Under the pieces are notes generated by a model. It was given only the letters and a program-made list of their open reading frames with translations, ran no database searches and had not been told where the DNA came from. Below, in pieces: positions 45,316-57,663 of a DNA stretch of 64,000 bases (within the stretch, counting starts at the first letter, position 1; the number at the start of each line of letters is the position of its first letter). The DNA comes from a virus. The stretch covers positions 3,987-67,986 of IMG/VR virus record IMGVR_UViG_3300032282_004053, one strand, 5' to 3'. The position numbers were made by a program, and so were the translations under genes.

Positions 45316-48300
45316 TTAATTTCTTCCCATTTTGCATAATCAAAGACCGCATCACTATTGTTAATTATACATCTATATATTTTATTATTGTATGTCACAT
45401 ATGACGAATAACTGTATCCAGACCCACCGACAGATTGACTTACACTTACAATAAGGGCTATATCGCCAATAGTATAGTCAAATAAACCATATGAGATCGG
45501 TATCTTTAAGTCTCTATCTCTATATATTTGTACCAATTCTGTTGATGTAGCTTTAACATAATACACCGCAAATGACCCAACTGTAACCCCCGAAATTGAT
45601 GCACTTGTAATTGCCCCTAACTCAGATACACTATTTACCCGTATCGTAGCATCATTTGCAGGTGATGTACCACCTAACAATGTTCCCGGTAAAGTTATAA
45701 GATCATTTACACTATATATAGCACCTGCATCAACAATTGCGATAGAATATTGATTCAATACTGCAACCGGCGTAAATTTAGGACGATATATGTTGATGAT
45801 CGCACCACCTGATCCTGTATCATCATACACGTACGGAGGTAATGATTTATAGAAATACATCTGAAGACCATTAACTTGCCCTGTAGTCATCATTGAGGTT
45901 GAATAGTCAAATTCAACTAATGCATGTCCACTTTGATTTACTACGTTAACTATTGGGAATATTGCACCCTGTGAACTTGTTCTACGTACAAAGCCGGGTG
46001 TACCTGAAGCACTTACCTCTAGGATTTGCCCTGAAGTCCCTACACTAGTAACAACCAATATACAATCGCTATCCGGGGTTGTCCAAGTAAGATCCATAGA
46101 TGTTGCTAATATCGTAATGGTATCACTTTCTGCATATCCTAATCCAGGATCACTGATTATAATTGATGCTAAGTAAAACGCACCGGTCTCTACGTTAGTT
46201 ATTGCAAATACTGCGCCAGATCCGCCACCATCAGTTACCCCAGTTTGGTCTAAAAATATAGTAGATTGATATAACGATATCGAACTACTTGCAGAGGTAT
46301 CTAAATTAGACCCGCCTGAATAGAATGCCCCAGGTTCCCATGGCTTAACTAGAGGACGATAACTTGTTCTATCAAAAGTTAAGATAGGTTTTATTGCTCT
46401 TACTACTTCACTATCCATTACCGGAATAGCTTTGGGTGTAAGATGTAATTGTGAAATTCCGGTAATAACCGATTCGATTATGTTAATCTTATGTACATTA
46501 TCCTGTGCATTTCTATTTGTAGCATATAAAGCAATAACACTAGAGTTAGTATCAGAACTTATTACTCTAACATAATAGTGAGCATCTTTTACTAACCCTA
46601 ACATCGTTGTTCCGGTCGTTGAATATTTTACGCAATCACCGGTAATAAGATCAGTTGAGCTAATAGTAATAGTATTATCAATAAAGTTTATATCGCTAAT
46701 AAGGAATGTTACAGATAAGCTAGGTTGAATAACTATTGCCGGAGTTACTTGATAGCCGGAACCCGCGTCTAATACTTCAATACCGATCACTTTGTCTAAC
46801 GCCATTACTGCTCTAAATTTGGCTTCCCTTGACGGCGCTGGATAAATCGAAGTATCTACATAAGCAGTTATTAGAGGTGGCGCAACATATCCTCTACTGG
46901 TTGTCATGACTAATACTGGGTCTAAATCCATAAACATATCAGAATTATACTGATGAGAAGATATGACTGTTCCATCAACCCCTCTAGTTATACCGTATAG
47001 AGTATTAGTTTCGCGTTCGACTCTAGTATATGCAATAAGTTCTGCATCAATTAATACCACACCTTGTATAGGGAAACCATACGCATTATCTACGACGAAC
47101 GGAGTTGGTAATAATGATAATTCTTGTCGTAAGCTAGCAATATTACAATTTAGTTCTCCGGTAAAAGTTAATCCTAAATTATTAAACCAAGATGAATATG
47201 AATTGTTTTGCCAAATTGTAGAATCTTGTGGATATTGATTCTCTGAACGTAATGGGCCAGTTGTAAGTTCCGGTGTAATAAACTTTTCATATTGACTATT
47301 ATATTGAGCAGGTAAATCAAAGTCTGATACATCGCCGGAATATGAATCTATGCCATTGTATCTTAGATTAAACTCTCTAATAACAACGTGATAAGGTTTC
47401 ACCTCAGTAATATATCCCTCTAACAGATCAATATTATCTCTTTGATACTTTGCATACGGCAATAAATCACGTACTGTATAACCAACATCAATAAAGCTGG
47501 TCTTGTTTAACCACGGCAAGTAGTTTTGAGCATCAATACTTTCACTTTGAATGTATTCCAACATTAGGATCAAGCTCTTATTCCTATGTATCAACATATC
47601 ATTAGTATAAATTTCTTCATTCAATGCACGTAATACATATTTGGTTTCTTCAGATGGGAATGAGTCATAGGTTACTGTATCGAAAAAGCTTTCACCAAAT
47701 CCAATTTTGTTTTTTACATAGTCATATAGTAGATCGTTGAATGATATAGTACCATCCGCTAAACCAATCCGTTCCCAACTACTATTGGTACATAGATAAA
47801 TTTCTCTCTTACCGTCTCCGTTAGCAGTAACCCCAACTATTAAGCCTTCTTTAATAGTTAGTGTGGCAAGATCGGCATACTTTGGTACATCAAATGCAGC
47901 TTTAGTTTTACTACTGTACCCGGTTTTCCACCAATATGTATATTGCCACGCAGTCGTAGTATCAAAGAATGGTAACCCTGTACTAGGATTAATAGATCCT
48001 TTAATTGTCAAGAATGAAGGGCTGATCGATTCGGCTATAGGAATCTCTTGCATTACACTATTAGCATATTCAATATAATTTTTCAATGCGGTTAGACGAT
48101 ATGAGAATAAGCTCTGTATTGGTCTTACCGAAATGCCTCTTCTCATTAGTTTTGGTAGATATAAATTAGGAACTACATTCCCTAATGAATCTAGCCCAGA
48201 AGAACTATCTAAAAATCTTTCATATAATCCGATGGGAGTAGAATACTTGTCCTGAACTCCGGGAATACCTGGAAGAAAGTCTGACTCAACACCGTCACGT

Positions 48301-51300
48301 ATTAATTGATATTCGCTATGAGTAGGATCATCATTATCACCTGTGCTAAAGCCAATATGAATACTAGTGTTAGTATTGTTAATACTGTCTTTGGTATTAT
48401 ATAATCCAAATACATTTACTTTGAGCGGAGCAAAGAACGATATACCTGAACTGATTGGATCAGTGATATATCTCTCTAGTATTGAATCTGGTAATGTTTT
48501 ACCTAATTTGGTACTTATCATATTACTATTTTTTACCCAAAAGTAATATTTGGCTATCAATGCTCCAGTCGTATCCAATCCGTATTCAACTGCATATTTT
48601 GTAAGATCGTATGGAGTTCCTTCACCGACATAGAATGCAGGAGTTGTTGTACTCTCTACCCAAGTATATACTGCTATATAACTACCTGGGAAAGGTTTTC
48701 CCCAATACTTACTATTATAAACGATATCGTCCTGATGATAATTTACAAAACGTAATCTACTCGTATCTAACCACATCTTACCAACATGAGGTGATCCCCA
48801 ACATATATTAGTGTTAGCTGTAGTATTTGCGTATCCGGCAGGATCATATGATGAAATATAATCTAAATTATCTCTCACTGAGCCTAATAATTTACCTTGA
48901 ATTGGATCAATAAAATCTAGGTTAGTTATCGTTATATTAGTTCTATTATCATATAACTGTATATTCTCTAGTTTCTCTATATTGACCACCGGGGTTGATT
49001 TTCTGAATGGTGCCCAGTTTGCCATAAATTGAGAGTTCTTATAAACTACTACCCCGCCATTATCTGTGCCGGGCAAGAAATCAGGAATACCAATAACTAC
49101 TTGATAGTTATTAAATGTAATTACTGATCCAAAATTTGGCTGTGAGCCAAAGTCAGCTCGGCAATCAGTTATGTTTTGTGAGAATACATATGCACCAATA
49201 TCATTTATTGACTCATTATGTTTTGGCAAATAGTCATACATATATACTGCACCTGCATTCTTATACTCATCAATAAACTGTGTGAAATCGTTATCGAACA
49301 TTAATGTATGATCCGGGTTTAAAGGATCAAGTGGGTCAAACGTAGTTTTCATTCGGCGAATAGCAGTAGGGGCACTAATAACGAAACTATTAAATTCGTT
49401 GAACTTAACCTTATATCCAAATTGACTTCTCATCTCCGAATGAATATCTTTGATTGTTTGCGTTTTAACGTAAGGGGTAATCCCTAATCTACGAATGATA
49501 CTAGGATCTGTTGCACTTATTACCAGCTTGTCGTTAACTGTACCTAATACTTGTTTACGTAAGGATATAATTAGTTTACCGTTATTATCAGTAGCTGTAA
49601 TATTATTAATACTTGCTGTGTTGATCTGCTCTGCAATGGTTGAGGCATCTCCTGATATAGTAACTGGGAAACCGTTTAATAGTATTGTATACGGTGCACC
49701 TAACGTAATCTCTGCATTACCATGTAGTATACCAAATGACATACCTTCATTTGTATATCTTACTACCATTCCTTCACGATGTGCCTCATCTGTATAATGA
49801 GGGGCACTAACAATTACTTCGCTTCCGTATACATTACAATCCAACGATGTGCCAAAGTGCGAATCACTCTTCATATCTGATAGAGAATCATAATAGTTAA
49901 GTACTTGCGTATTTACGAAATAATCTCCGGATATTGATATAATATCACCAGCAAGTGTTGGTTTAATTAATGTCATAACCAGATTATATATACCAGAATC
50001 TACCTGTGTTTCAGTAGCCGTTATAGTAAAATCAGTAGTCTCTAATAAACGAACCCCATCCATATGTACCATTGGTGCGGTCGGGGATGCATTATCACTA
50101 GTCCAAATCAATCTATAATCAATTGGTACATATCTAAAGCTGTTATAAATCTGTTCAATATTATGTATTAATCTGTCAAATACATAAGTATATCCAACAT
50201 TAGTTACTTGTGAACTATATTTTTGATTTGGAACTCCTACAAATATCTTACTACCATCATAGTTAGTAGTCAAACTATATAAGAGATTTACCCCGCTATC
50301 TATTTCTGATACAGTAACTATATTCTTGCACGGGACATAGTTAGTTACTGCATAATAAATTGTTGTACCAAATGCCTGTTCCGTATCTATTGTTTGTTCT
50401 AATGATATTACTGACATCCCAATATCAGGATCGTATTTTGTAGTAACAATACTGTAAATTGTAGTAGAAGTACCTAAACTTATTGTTCTTCCGTTTCCAA
50501 AGGCATCACCAACCGGGCCAGTAATGAATAGCTGATTATCACCCTTTTCTACAGTTTCCGAAGTAGTATATCCAGTACTGGTATATGTTATTCTATCAGC
50601 CAATCTAAATGCAGAAATATTAGTATTACCTATACCTGCTGCATAAATCCAATTTTTATCACCGGATACTACAATACGATCACCAATACGAGCCCCGCTA
50701 GTTAACTCTTGAACCAATACTAATTCTGTAATAAGGCGAGTACTTACTACTTTATAAACGTAGATAGTAGATTGATCAGGGATACTACTTGGCTTAGTAA
50801 TTAAGACTAGATTATTAACTGCAACCATTGCAGTACCGTAATTAATGCCGTTATCCAAAATGCCATACAATACATAAATTTTAAGTGTTTCATTGTATAG
50901 GTAATGGTATACTTTACCTGCGTCAGGATCACTTATTAAGAATCCAAACTCAGGTATATAAAGAACTGCTGCACCAAATCTGATAGTATCAATTGGTTTA
51001 TCCATTGCACTAATAAAATCATACTCGTAACGCTGTTCTTTTTGATAGACTGCCCAATCCCCGTCTTTATCAATATCTGCCCATATTTTCTCACTGCTAA
51101 ATTCATTAGCTAATGTTGGCAAGTTTGATACATCTGCTGGGCTTGTTACTCTACGTGGAATAAACTTAACAGCAATGCCTGAACCGGTAACCGTTAATCT
51201 CGTAGTATTAATTACCTTTTCTACAGTCACTGTGGTAGAATTAACAACGTTATGTACTGTATAGTACCCGTCAATATCTGTACTAAAGTTAATGATTGCA

Positions 51301-54300
51301 AAAATATCAGCATAAGTTGGAGTACAAATCAAACCATGAGGTCTATTGAATTGTATGGTAATATAACCATTTAGAGTATTAGAGCAAGACACCGCCATAA
51401 CACTCTCATTAGTCTCTGCACCTAACAATACCGGAGAATAAACTCCCCATGTTCCCTTATGATTTGCTAACCATACATATTGATGTTGGAATATCTCATT
51501 CACATTGTATTTGGCATTTGGTAATCCACTATAGTTGTAGGCATATGCTCTAATATCGTTAAAGTTAACATAGCCTGCATCAGGTAGATTATAATCTTTT
51601 ATACCATCGACAGTAGGAAATAACATTACAGTATTACCTATTTGGCCGTAATTTGTTAAGTTAGTTAGAGGAACTTCCTGTTCAACCCCAACTTCACCTT
51701 GATCTATTGTTAATCCAACAATACTTGGATTGCCGGATAAAGAAGCTTCATTCAATACGAATTCAACAAAGTTCTTATTAGTCACGCCACCAAACTCACT
51801 ACTCTTTATAGCCCAATTCTCATAGATATCGTAATCAAGTTGACCACTAGGAACAGCAATACCCTTAAGGTTATTTGCTACATTAGTTGTTCCCATATTT
51901 TTAACCATATTTTGAAATACATTAACCTGAGTAGTATCATCTAGGTTAGCTGTAGCCAAATAGTCTCGTGGTCTATATCCTATTAATGAGAAGCCTAATA
52001 GATTTGCATCACTTTCAAGGTTAGTAGTATGTGTATCGTAATATAAGGTACTTTCAAATGCTCTAGCAGTTGGGTTAGGTAATAATCCCTTTTGTATTGT
52101 TCCGTAATCAGTTTTTACCCAATCTTCATTACTATTAAATACACTTCCGGGCTGTGCGACACGTATACTAGTCCAATAACTATTCTTGTATTTTACTATT
52201 ACACCCTTTGTATATTTTACGTTTGGTTCCCATTCTGTTACGTTATCTTGATTTAATATGAAACCCTGAGCATCTAAGAAACCATTCCAATCTGCGGTTT
52301 TTGTACCTTTAACTAATATACGTTGTTGACGTAAGCCAGTAATTAAGTTATAGATCATGTCATTAAACACGGTTCTATTATCAAATACCACAACATGTTC
52401 TAAATTACTAATGTTACCGGTAAAGTAGCTAAATGTATCAGTGTTTACTTTTGTACTAATAGAAAACGCAGTACCGTCTCTTTCAATTAGCATATCTTTT
52501 GTTTGTATTGGCATCAAGTTTTGATTCAATACAAAGTTTTGATTATGTAATGTTAGTGGCTGTACTACATAGCTATCTTTGTTGATCTTTAATGTTGTTG
52601 CATTTGGATTAACGTTAATTGTACTGCCAACTTCCCAACCAGATTGTACCCAATATAATACCTCAAGTACCATTTGTCCCCAATCTGCGGTAACATTGTT
52701 TTCAATGTTATCGAATATCATTCCAACAGAGGTTAGATATCTACCGTAATTAACGATAAACTCGCATAGAGCCTGAACAGATTTATATACGTTACTATAC
52801 GGTATAACTTGTATGGTATCAGTGTAATCTTTAGAAACGGTTACAGTTGCTGCACCTAATGCAAACTTAGTATAGTTGCCATTAAGTTTTGGTGTTAATG
52901 TTTTAAAGTATGTTTTGTTCTGAGAATTACCAAATACTTTATAGCCATCCGAGGTCTTTTGTATAATGATTGAACTATATGCAATAGTATCAATTGGCTG
53001 GTTATCATATAATAATACAGCATAGCTTTCATCTGGGATTAGCAATGAACTATTTCTACTGTTAGGTGTACCTTTTTCAATATAAAACTTTAATAAGTCC
53101 TTATCACTAAATCCAGCAAGTCTATATGTTAAGCGAACATCTAAGTTGGTTAATAATGTAGACATATTAGAATGACCATCAATACCAAACTGTTTGATAT
53201 AATCTACGATCCAGTTCACATAACTATCAACCGGTTCTCCGGTACCATATATAGTTAGATTGGATAAGGGTGAGCGATATCTAGCATTTTGTAGATATTG
53301 ATTAAACTCGCTATTATATTCATATTGGTCTACATCAATTCCTAAACCAAAGAATTTTGCAGGTTTAGTTAATATCGCTAAACGCATTAAATCAAACGGC
53401 CATGTACTGCTCTTTAGATAGGCATATTCTGCCGGACTTCCATCACCTACTTTCCATTCACGTTGTCCAAATGATTGTGGCTCATATCCGCTTATTATAG
53501 ATACTAATGGGTCAACTAATTTGCCATACGTATCTATTGGTAATACTTTTAATAAGTCCGGACGAATTCTAGATGTAATAACTTTAGGATCTCCGTTATT
53601 CCAATCATATCCTCTTGCTAATTCATCCCATAGTAATGTATTATCACTTGTATATGGTGCTACACCATATCTAGTATCCCACCATGTTGGTTTGCTAGTA
53701 TGACCTAACATCTCCCACGGTGTTTGATCCGGTGTCACTGTATCATAATACCATAGATATAAGCCTCTCCAATTGGCTTGATTAACCGGTACATTACCTA
53801 ATTTAGTTGTACTTTTGCTATAGTTATATGTCCAGGCATTACCAATAACATAATATTGGTTCTTATAATCGATTCTGTTTTGTCCAACCCAATTCAAAAA
53901 TCCAACAGAATACATCTGTTGAATCTGATCGTATTCATAATCTGTGGTTCTGAATTGACCCGGCATTATATCATCTTGTGTTATAGGTATAACATTAGAT
54001 AATTTGATATTATTGTAAATTCGTTGTTCAAACTCTAATAGACCGCGGTCTCTAAAGTCTTGTAGATAACCATCGATATATTCTCCATACAGTTTAGTAA
54101 GAGAACCGTCATGTCCTTTTATATAATATGTTGGAGTTATTCCGCTAGTATGTTGTATTACTTCTGGTGCAAATGCTGGATATAACCCAAGTTTAGTAGG
54201 AGTCGAAGGTATATAGCTACCATACGTCTGATTATATTCCTTAATAGTAATAATATCATTGGGCAATAGATCAGTATATAAAGTTACCTTTGGCTCAACA

Positions 54301-57300
54301 CTACTTACGGAGTAATCAATTTCACGTGTTAGTTGGGTAACTTTAGCAACACCATTAACTACTCTGGTTAGATAAAGAAGCACACCATAATAGTTTGCAG
54401 TTGAGAAATCATATATTCTAGTTAAAGGGTATGATGTAGTGTCGATAAAGTTTACAAACTTATAGCTGTTTAGCGCATATGAGCTTTTGGAAGGTAACAT
54501 ATCAGTCCAAAAGAATGCCCCATTATCATTTTTTGTATTTGATATCTGTTCTAACGCATTATCTAGGATCGCATCATTAGTATAATATGTGTTGAAATCT
54601 GTTCTATTGATCGTATCGATTAATAATGATTTAAATCGTATATATTCAGTTGCGTTAAATGCAAGCGCATTGAATATGTTATACTCGTTACTTCTTAAAA
54701 ATGCACCAGCAGCAATCATACTGGCACTACTTTGAATGATCTTATTACCGTAGGGTACTAAATTGCCTGAATCTCTAAAATTGTTAGACCCATACGGATT
54801 ACCTATCAATGATGGATTATTAGTAAAGATACTACGATAATGATTACGTATATCACCTAAATTAATTTCTTCGACTGGGGTGTTGAATGGATTATTTTCT
54901 AAGTTACTTGGTATCTTATAATATGCAACCTTACTAACTTGTATACTATCTACTAAAATTTGAACTGATGTGTTTGCTACCGGAGTATTTACTAAGGTCA
55001 CTGATGTAGTAGCATCTGCGATAGTTACAGTATATTCGGAGGAAGTTAATTCCATACTATCAACATAAACCTGTACAGTTGGCCATGCAGATTCTTTTTT
55101 AGTCTTTGCTGCTATATCGCATGTAAATATTGGATCACCGGATACGTATCGTAGATCAAATACTTGATACTGAATACTTTCGCCAATTGCGGTTTCCCAA
55201 CCAATCTTTCTGATATAATTATATCTATCCTGATATTGATGAACATATCCGATATTAACCTTCTCAGTAAGAGAATCATAACCTTGGGTATAATTAAACG
55301 TATTGTCATTAAGTGATACATTGAATACGATATCACCTATATTGGTAACTGCACTATATTTTAGCGGGATGCCTAATACACTATCATCACTATTAGTACC
55401 AATAGCATATTCAAATAAAGTTGATCCAGCAAAACTAGAACCCTGATAGTAAGATGAATCACCTAAACTAATACCATTAGTATTAAATATATCAAACTTT
55501 GGCGGTTGATTTACATATTCTTTAAGTTGCGTTTCTACCCAATTACTACCTGTATAATAATATGAATGACCGGCATATGATAACGTAGTTAAATCACCTG
55601 AAACGACAACTTGATCATTATCTTCAACATAACCATCAGGGGCAACAGTTAATACTATCGTAGGTTCTCTAACACCATCAATGCTAATAAAGTTAGCCAC
55701 ATATATCTTGTTTCTAACATCGGGATCAGTGGCACCAGCAAAGATTATTCGTGCTAATGGAAATAGTATAATATCGTTATTATCTTCGACCGGATGATAT
55801 ACTAAGGCGCCGGCACAGATAGGATCAACCCCAGAATAACCAAACGGATCAATAGTAGAAGTATTAATAAAATCTACCGGAAGTTTACCTACAGTTCCTG
55901 ATTTATATAAATGTAAGTTTGGATAAAATTCAATAATAGGACGTTTAGCGCGGCTAGTAGAATCACTTAGCTCAGTAACAGCCAATTCGCTAGTATTATT
56001 ATATCTTGCGGTTGCGCGTAATACATCAGAATGGAACCATCTATTACCTCGACTCCAGGCATTTCTATCATTAGAATTACGATTTATGGTTATGTAATCT
56101 TTTTCTGGTGGTATATATAATGCTTTGTCAAATGGGGCGGAATCATATTGTACCATATCGTATGGAGTATAGAAACTATTACTAAACGGTTCATATACTT
56201 GAATCTCATCGACCGGAACTAAAGCAATGCTAGAACCAACACCTTCTACATAATATTGATGATCTTTGTATGATGCCGGTAGTATATTACCAAAAAAGTA
56301 TACTTTTAATCCATTAGTAAATTCTACCCCATTTTGACTGGTATAGCTTTTTTTACCAATGATATCATTATCAACTTGTATTAGGTTATAATCTAATTCG
56401 TCAATTATTCTGATCATACCAACTCTATCTGCGTTAGCCGAATCTTGATAATATAGAGTATCTAACGAGGCACTAAAATACGGTAACAAGATAATGTTTG
56501 ATTGTTCATCGCATATGAATTCTCTATGTGAGTATTTTGTACCAAACTTTACTTTTATTTTGTTATTCTGTATGATACTACTATATTCAGTTAGCTTTAT
56601 AATTGGATCGAGCGGATCCCCTACGTAAGTTATCAAATATAGATGTTTGTTAATTTCAGATTCTATCCCGGCTTCATATGTATTAGGATAAGGAAGATTT
56701 TGATCAAATCCAGACAATTCATAAAAATCAGAGTGAATATATACTTTAGTTAACGGGGCAATGCCGTTGAATAATATAGTTTTACCATGCAATGATGTTA
56801 CACCATCGATCTTTTGTAAAATACGTAGTGGTGCACCGTCAATGGCTTCTGGTCTTAGATCGGTGATTAGGTCAACTGACTGAGAACCAGGAAGATCCAT
56901 ATATGGTTGATCATTCCTTTGCGGTACCGTAAATGTCATACGGCCAGAAGATATACCATTATTTTCTAGCCCATAGATTTCACGTGTAGAGATGTTTGGG
57001 AACATCAGATCAGTACCTGCTAAACCAGCAGTACCTTGTATCCAAAATTTAGAATCTTGACTAATATCAAATGTATATACACCACCTCTAACCAAATTTA
57101 ATATTGGATTTTGTCCATCGATAGCTGAACCGTCTAAAGAAAAATTATATGTATTGGGATTCGTTAATACTTGATAATAGCCCAAAGAATAAATTTGTTC
57201 AGTAGATACTTTAACTGGATCTGGTCCATTTGATAGCCAATAGTATTGATTAAAGTTAATTAGTTTATCTAGGTCAATAAAGCTATCCCAAGAATAGAAT

Positions 57301-57644
57301 TGATTAGCGAATAGCCGATCATTTCTATCTATAACTGCACCTTCTAACTTTAATGCATCGATTATACCAGGATAGGTGATAACATCTCTAACAGTGCTAG
57401 TATCTTTATTTAAGAATGCAACACTGGGTTCTAATTGATAATCTGTACGAACCTTATTGGGTTCTGTTACGTAGCCGTCGCTAGAATTTATTCCGGGGCC
57501 AAACTTACTTCCAATATAACCTTGAATTCGCGTGGTATTTGGCTGCGATACTAACTGATCTAGTGTGGCGGATAAGAATTGCCTATTAGGGTTAGTTTTG
57601 AATATTTCCGGTAAAAAATCTAATGTTCTAACTTTTGCTACCAT
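45312..57644 (-). CDS. Very large baseplate wedge/structural protein (4110 aa)
   Basis: Follows gp6; FG-GAP-like propeller repeats, EVKPYH motif and GSGY...P.I.I segments. Confidence 0.8.
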   Translation of the reverse strand: MVAKVRTLDFLPEIFKTNPNRQFLSATLDQLVSQPNTTRIQGYIGSKFGPGINSSDGYVTEPNKVRTDYQLEPSVAFLNKDTSTVRDVITYPGIIDALKLEGAVIDRNDRLFANQFYSWDSFIDLDKLINFNQYYWLSNGPDPVKVSTEQIYSLGYYQVLTNPNTYNFSLDGSAIDGQNPILNLVRGGVYTFDISQDSKFWIQGTAGLAGTDLMFPNISTREIYGLENNGISSGRMTFTVPQRNDQPYMDLPGSQSVDLITDLRPEAIDGAPLRILQKIDGVTSLHGKTILFNGIAPLTKVYIHSDFYELSGFDQNLPYPNTYEAGIESEINKHLYLITYVGDPLDPIIKLTEYSSIIQNNKIKVKFGTKYSHREFICDEQSNIILLPYFSASLDTLYYQDSANADRVGMIRIIDELDYNLIQVDNDIIGKKSYTSQNGVEFTNGLKVYFFGNILPASYKDHQYYVEGVGSSIALVPVDEIQVYEPFSNSFYTPYDMVQYDSAPFDKALYIPPEKDYITINRNSNDRNAWSRGNRWFHSDVLRATARYNNTSELAVTELSDSTSRAKRPIIEFYPNLHLYKSGTVGKLPVDFINTSTIDPFGYSGVDPICAGALVYHPVEDNNDIILFPLARIIFAGATDPDVRNKIYVANFISIDGVREPTIVLTVAPDGYVEDNDQVVVSGDLTTLSYAGHSYYYTGSNWVETQLKEYVNQPPKFDIFNTNGISLGDSSYYQGSSFAGSTLFEYAIGTNSDDSVLGIPLKYSAVTNIGDIVFNVSLNDNTFNYTQGYDSLTEKVNIGYVHQYQDRYNYIRKIGWETAIGESIQYQVFDLRYVSGDPIFTCDIAAKTKKESAWPTVQVYVDSMELTSSEYTVTIADATTSVTLVNTPVANTSVQILVDSIQVSKVAYYKIPSNLENNPFNTPVEEINLGDIRNHYRSIFTNNPSLIGNPYGSNNFRDSGNLVPYGNKIIQSSASMIAAGAFLRSNEYNIFNALAFNATEYIRFKSLLIDTINRTDFNTYYTNDAILDNALEQISNTKNDNGAFFWTDMLPSKSSYALNSYKFVNFIDTTSYPLTRIYDFSTANYYGVLLYLTRVVNGVAKVTQLTREIDYSVSSVEPKVTLYTDLLPNDIITIKEYNQTYGSYIPSTPTKLGLYPAFAPEVIQHTSGITPTYYIKGHDGSLTKLYGEYIDGYLQDFRDRGLLEFEQRIYNNIKLSNVIPITQDDIMPGQFRTTDYEYDQIQQMYSVGFLNWVGQNRIDYKNQYYVIGNAWTYNYSKSTTKLGNVPVNQANWRGLYLWYYDTVTPDQTPWEMLGHTSKPTWWDTRYGVAPYTSDNTLLWDELARGYDWNNGDPKVITSRIRPDLLKVLPIDTYGKLVDPLVSIISGYEPQSFGQREWKVGDGSPAEYAYLKSSTWPFDLMRLAILTKPAKFFGLGIDVDQYEYNSEFNQYLQNARYRSPLSNLTIYGTGEPVDSYVNWIVDYIKQFGIDGHSNMSTLLTNLDVRLTYRLAGFSDKDLLKFYIEKGTPNSRNSSLLIPDESYAVLLYDNQPIDTIAYSSIIIQKTSDGYKVFGNSQNKTYFKTLTPKLNGNYTKFALGAATVTVSKDYTDTIQVIPYSNVYKSVQALCEFIVNYGRYLTSVGMIFDNIENNVTADWGQMVLEVLYWVQSGWEVGSTINVNPNATTLKINKDSYVVQPLTLHNQNFVLNQNLMPIQTKDMLIERDGTAFSISTKVNTDTFSYFTGNISNLEHVVVFDNRTVFNDMIYNLITGLRQQRILVKGTKTADWNGFLDAQGFILNQDNVTEWEPNVKYTKGVIVKYKNSYWTSIRVAQPGSVFNSNEDWVKTDYGTIQKGLLPNPTARAFESTLYYDTHTTNLESDANLLGFSLIGYRPRDYLATANLDDTTQVNVFQNMVKNMGTTNVANNLKGIAVPSGQLDYDIYENWAIKSSEFGGVTNKNFVEFVLNEASLSGNPSIVGLTIDQGEVGVEQEVPLTNLTNYGQIGNTVMLFPTVDGIKDYNLPDAGYVNFNDIRAYAYNYSGLPNAKYNVNEIFQHQYVWLANHKGTWGVYSPVLLGAETNESVMAVSCSNTLNGYITIQFNRPHGLICTPTYADIFAIINFSTDIDGYYTVHNVVNSTTVTVEKVINTTRLTVTGSGIAVKFIPRRVTSPADVSNLPTLANEFSSEKIWADIDKDGDWAVYQKEQRYEYDFISAMDKPIDTIRFGAAVLYIPEFGFLISDPDAGKVYHYLYNETLKIYVLYGILDNGINYGTAMVAVNNLVLITKPSSIPDQSTIYVYKVVSTRLITELVLVQELTSGARIGDRIVVSGDKNWIYAAGIGNTNISAFRLADRITYTSTGYTTSETVEKGDNQLFITGPVGDAFGNGRTISLGTSTTIYSIVTTKYDPDIGMSVISLEQTIDTEQAFGTTIYYAVTNYVPCKNIVTVSEIDSGVNLLYSLTTNYDGSKIFVGVPNQKYSSQVTNVGYTYVFDRLIHNIEQIYNSFRYVPIDYRLIWTSDNASPTAPMVHMDGVRLLETTDFTITATETQVDSGIYNLVMTLIKPTLAGDIISISGDYFVNTQVLNYYDSLSDMKSDSHFGTSLDCNVYGSEVIVSAPHYTDEAHREGMVVRYTNEGMSFGILHGNAEITLGAPYTILLNGFPVTISGDASTIAEQINTASINNITATDNNGKLIISLRKQVLGTVNDKLVISATDPSIIRRLGITPYVKTQTIKDIHSEMRSQFGYKVKFNEFNSFVISAPTAIRRMKTTFDPLDPLNPDHTLMFDNDFTQFIDEYKNAGAVYMYDYLPKHNESINDIGAYVFSQNITDCRADFGSQPNFGSVITFNNYQVVIGIPDFLPGTDNGGVVVYKNSQFMANWAPFRKSTPVVNIEKLENIQLYDNRTNITITNLDFIDPIQGKLLGSVRDNLDYISSYDPAGYANTTANTNICWGSPHVGKMWLDTSRLRFVNYHQDDIVYNSKYWGKPFPGSYIAVYTWVESTTTPAFYVGEGTPYDLTKYAVEYGLDTTGALIAKYYFWVKNSNMISTKLGKTLPDSILERYITDPISSGISFFAPLKVNVFGLYNTKDSINNTNTSIHIGFSTGDNDDPTHSEYQLIRDGVESDFLPGIPGVQDKYSTPIGLYERFLDSSSGLDSLGNVVPNLYLPKLMRRGISVRPIQSLFSYRLTALKNYIEYANSVMQEIPIAESISPSFLTIKGSINPSTGLPFFDTTTAWQYTYWWKTGYSSKTKAAFDVPKYADLATLTIKEGLIVGVTANGDGKREIYLCTNSSWERIGLADGTISFNDLLYDYVKNKIGFGESFFDTVTYDSFPSEETKYVLRALNEEIYTNDMLIHRNKSLILMLEYIQSESIDAQNYLPWLNKTSFIDVGYTVRDLLPYAKYQRDNIDLLEGYITEVKPYHVVIREFNLRYNGIDSYSGDVSDFDLPAQYNSQYEKFITPELTTGPLRSENQYPQDSTIWQNNSYSSWFNNLGLTFTGELNCNIASLRQELSLLPTPFVVDNAYGFPIQGVVLIDAELIAYTRVERETNTLYGITRGVDGTVISSHQYNSDMFMDLDPVLVMTTSRGYVAPPLITAYVDTSIYPAPSREAKFRAVMALDKVIGIEVLDAGSGYQVTPAIVIQPSLSVTFLISDINFIDNTITISSTDLITGDCVKYSTTGTTMLGLVKDAHYYVRVISSDTNSSVIALYATNRNAQDNVHKINIIESVITGISQLHLTPKAIPVMDSEVVRAIKPILTFDRTSYRPLVKPWEPGAFYSGGSNLDTSASSSISLYQSTIFLDQTGVTDGGGSGAVFAITNVETGAFYLASIIISDPGLGYAESDTITILATSMDLTWTTPDSDCILVVTSVGTSGQILEVSASGTPGFVRRTSSQGAIFPIVNVVNQSGHALVEFDYSTSMMTTGQVNGLQMYFYKSLPPYVYDDTGSGGAIINIYRPKFTPVAVLNQYSIAIVDAGAIYSVNDLITLPGTLLGGTSPANDATIRVNSVSELGAITSASISGVTVGSFAVYYVKATSTELVQIYRDRDLKIPISYGLFDYTIGDIALIVSVSQSVGGSGYSYSSYVTYNNKIYRCIINNSDAVFDYAKWEEIK

Positions 57645-57663
57645 TTAGTGTTCTCATTTAAAG

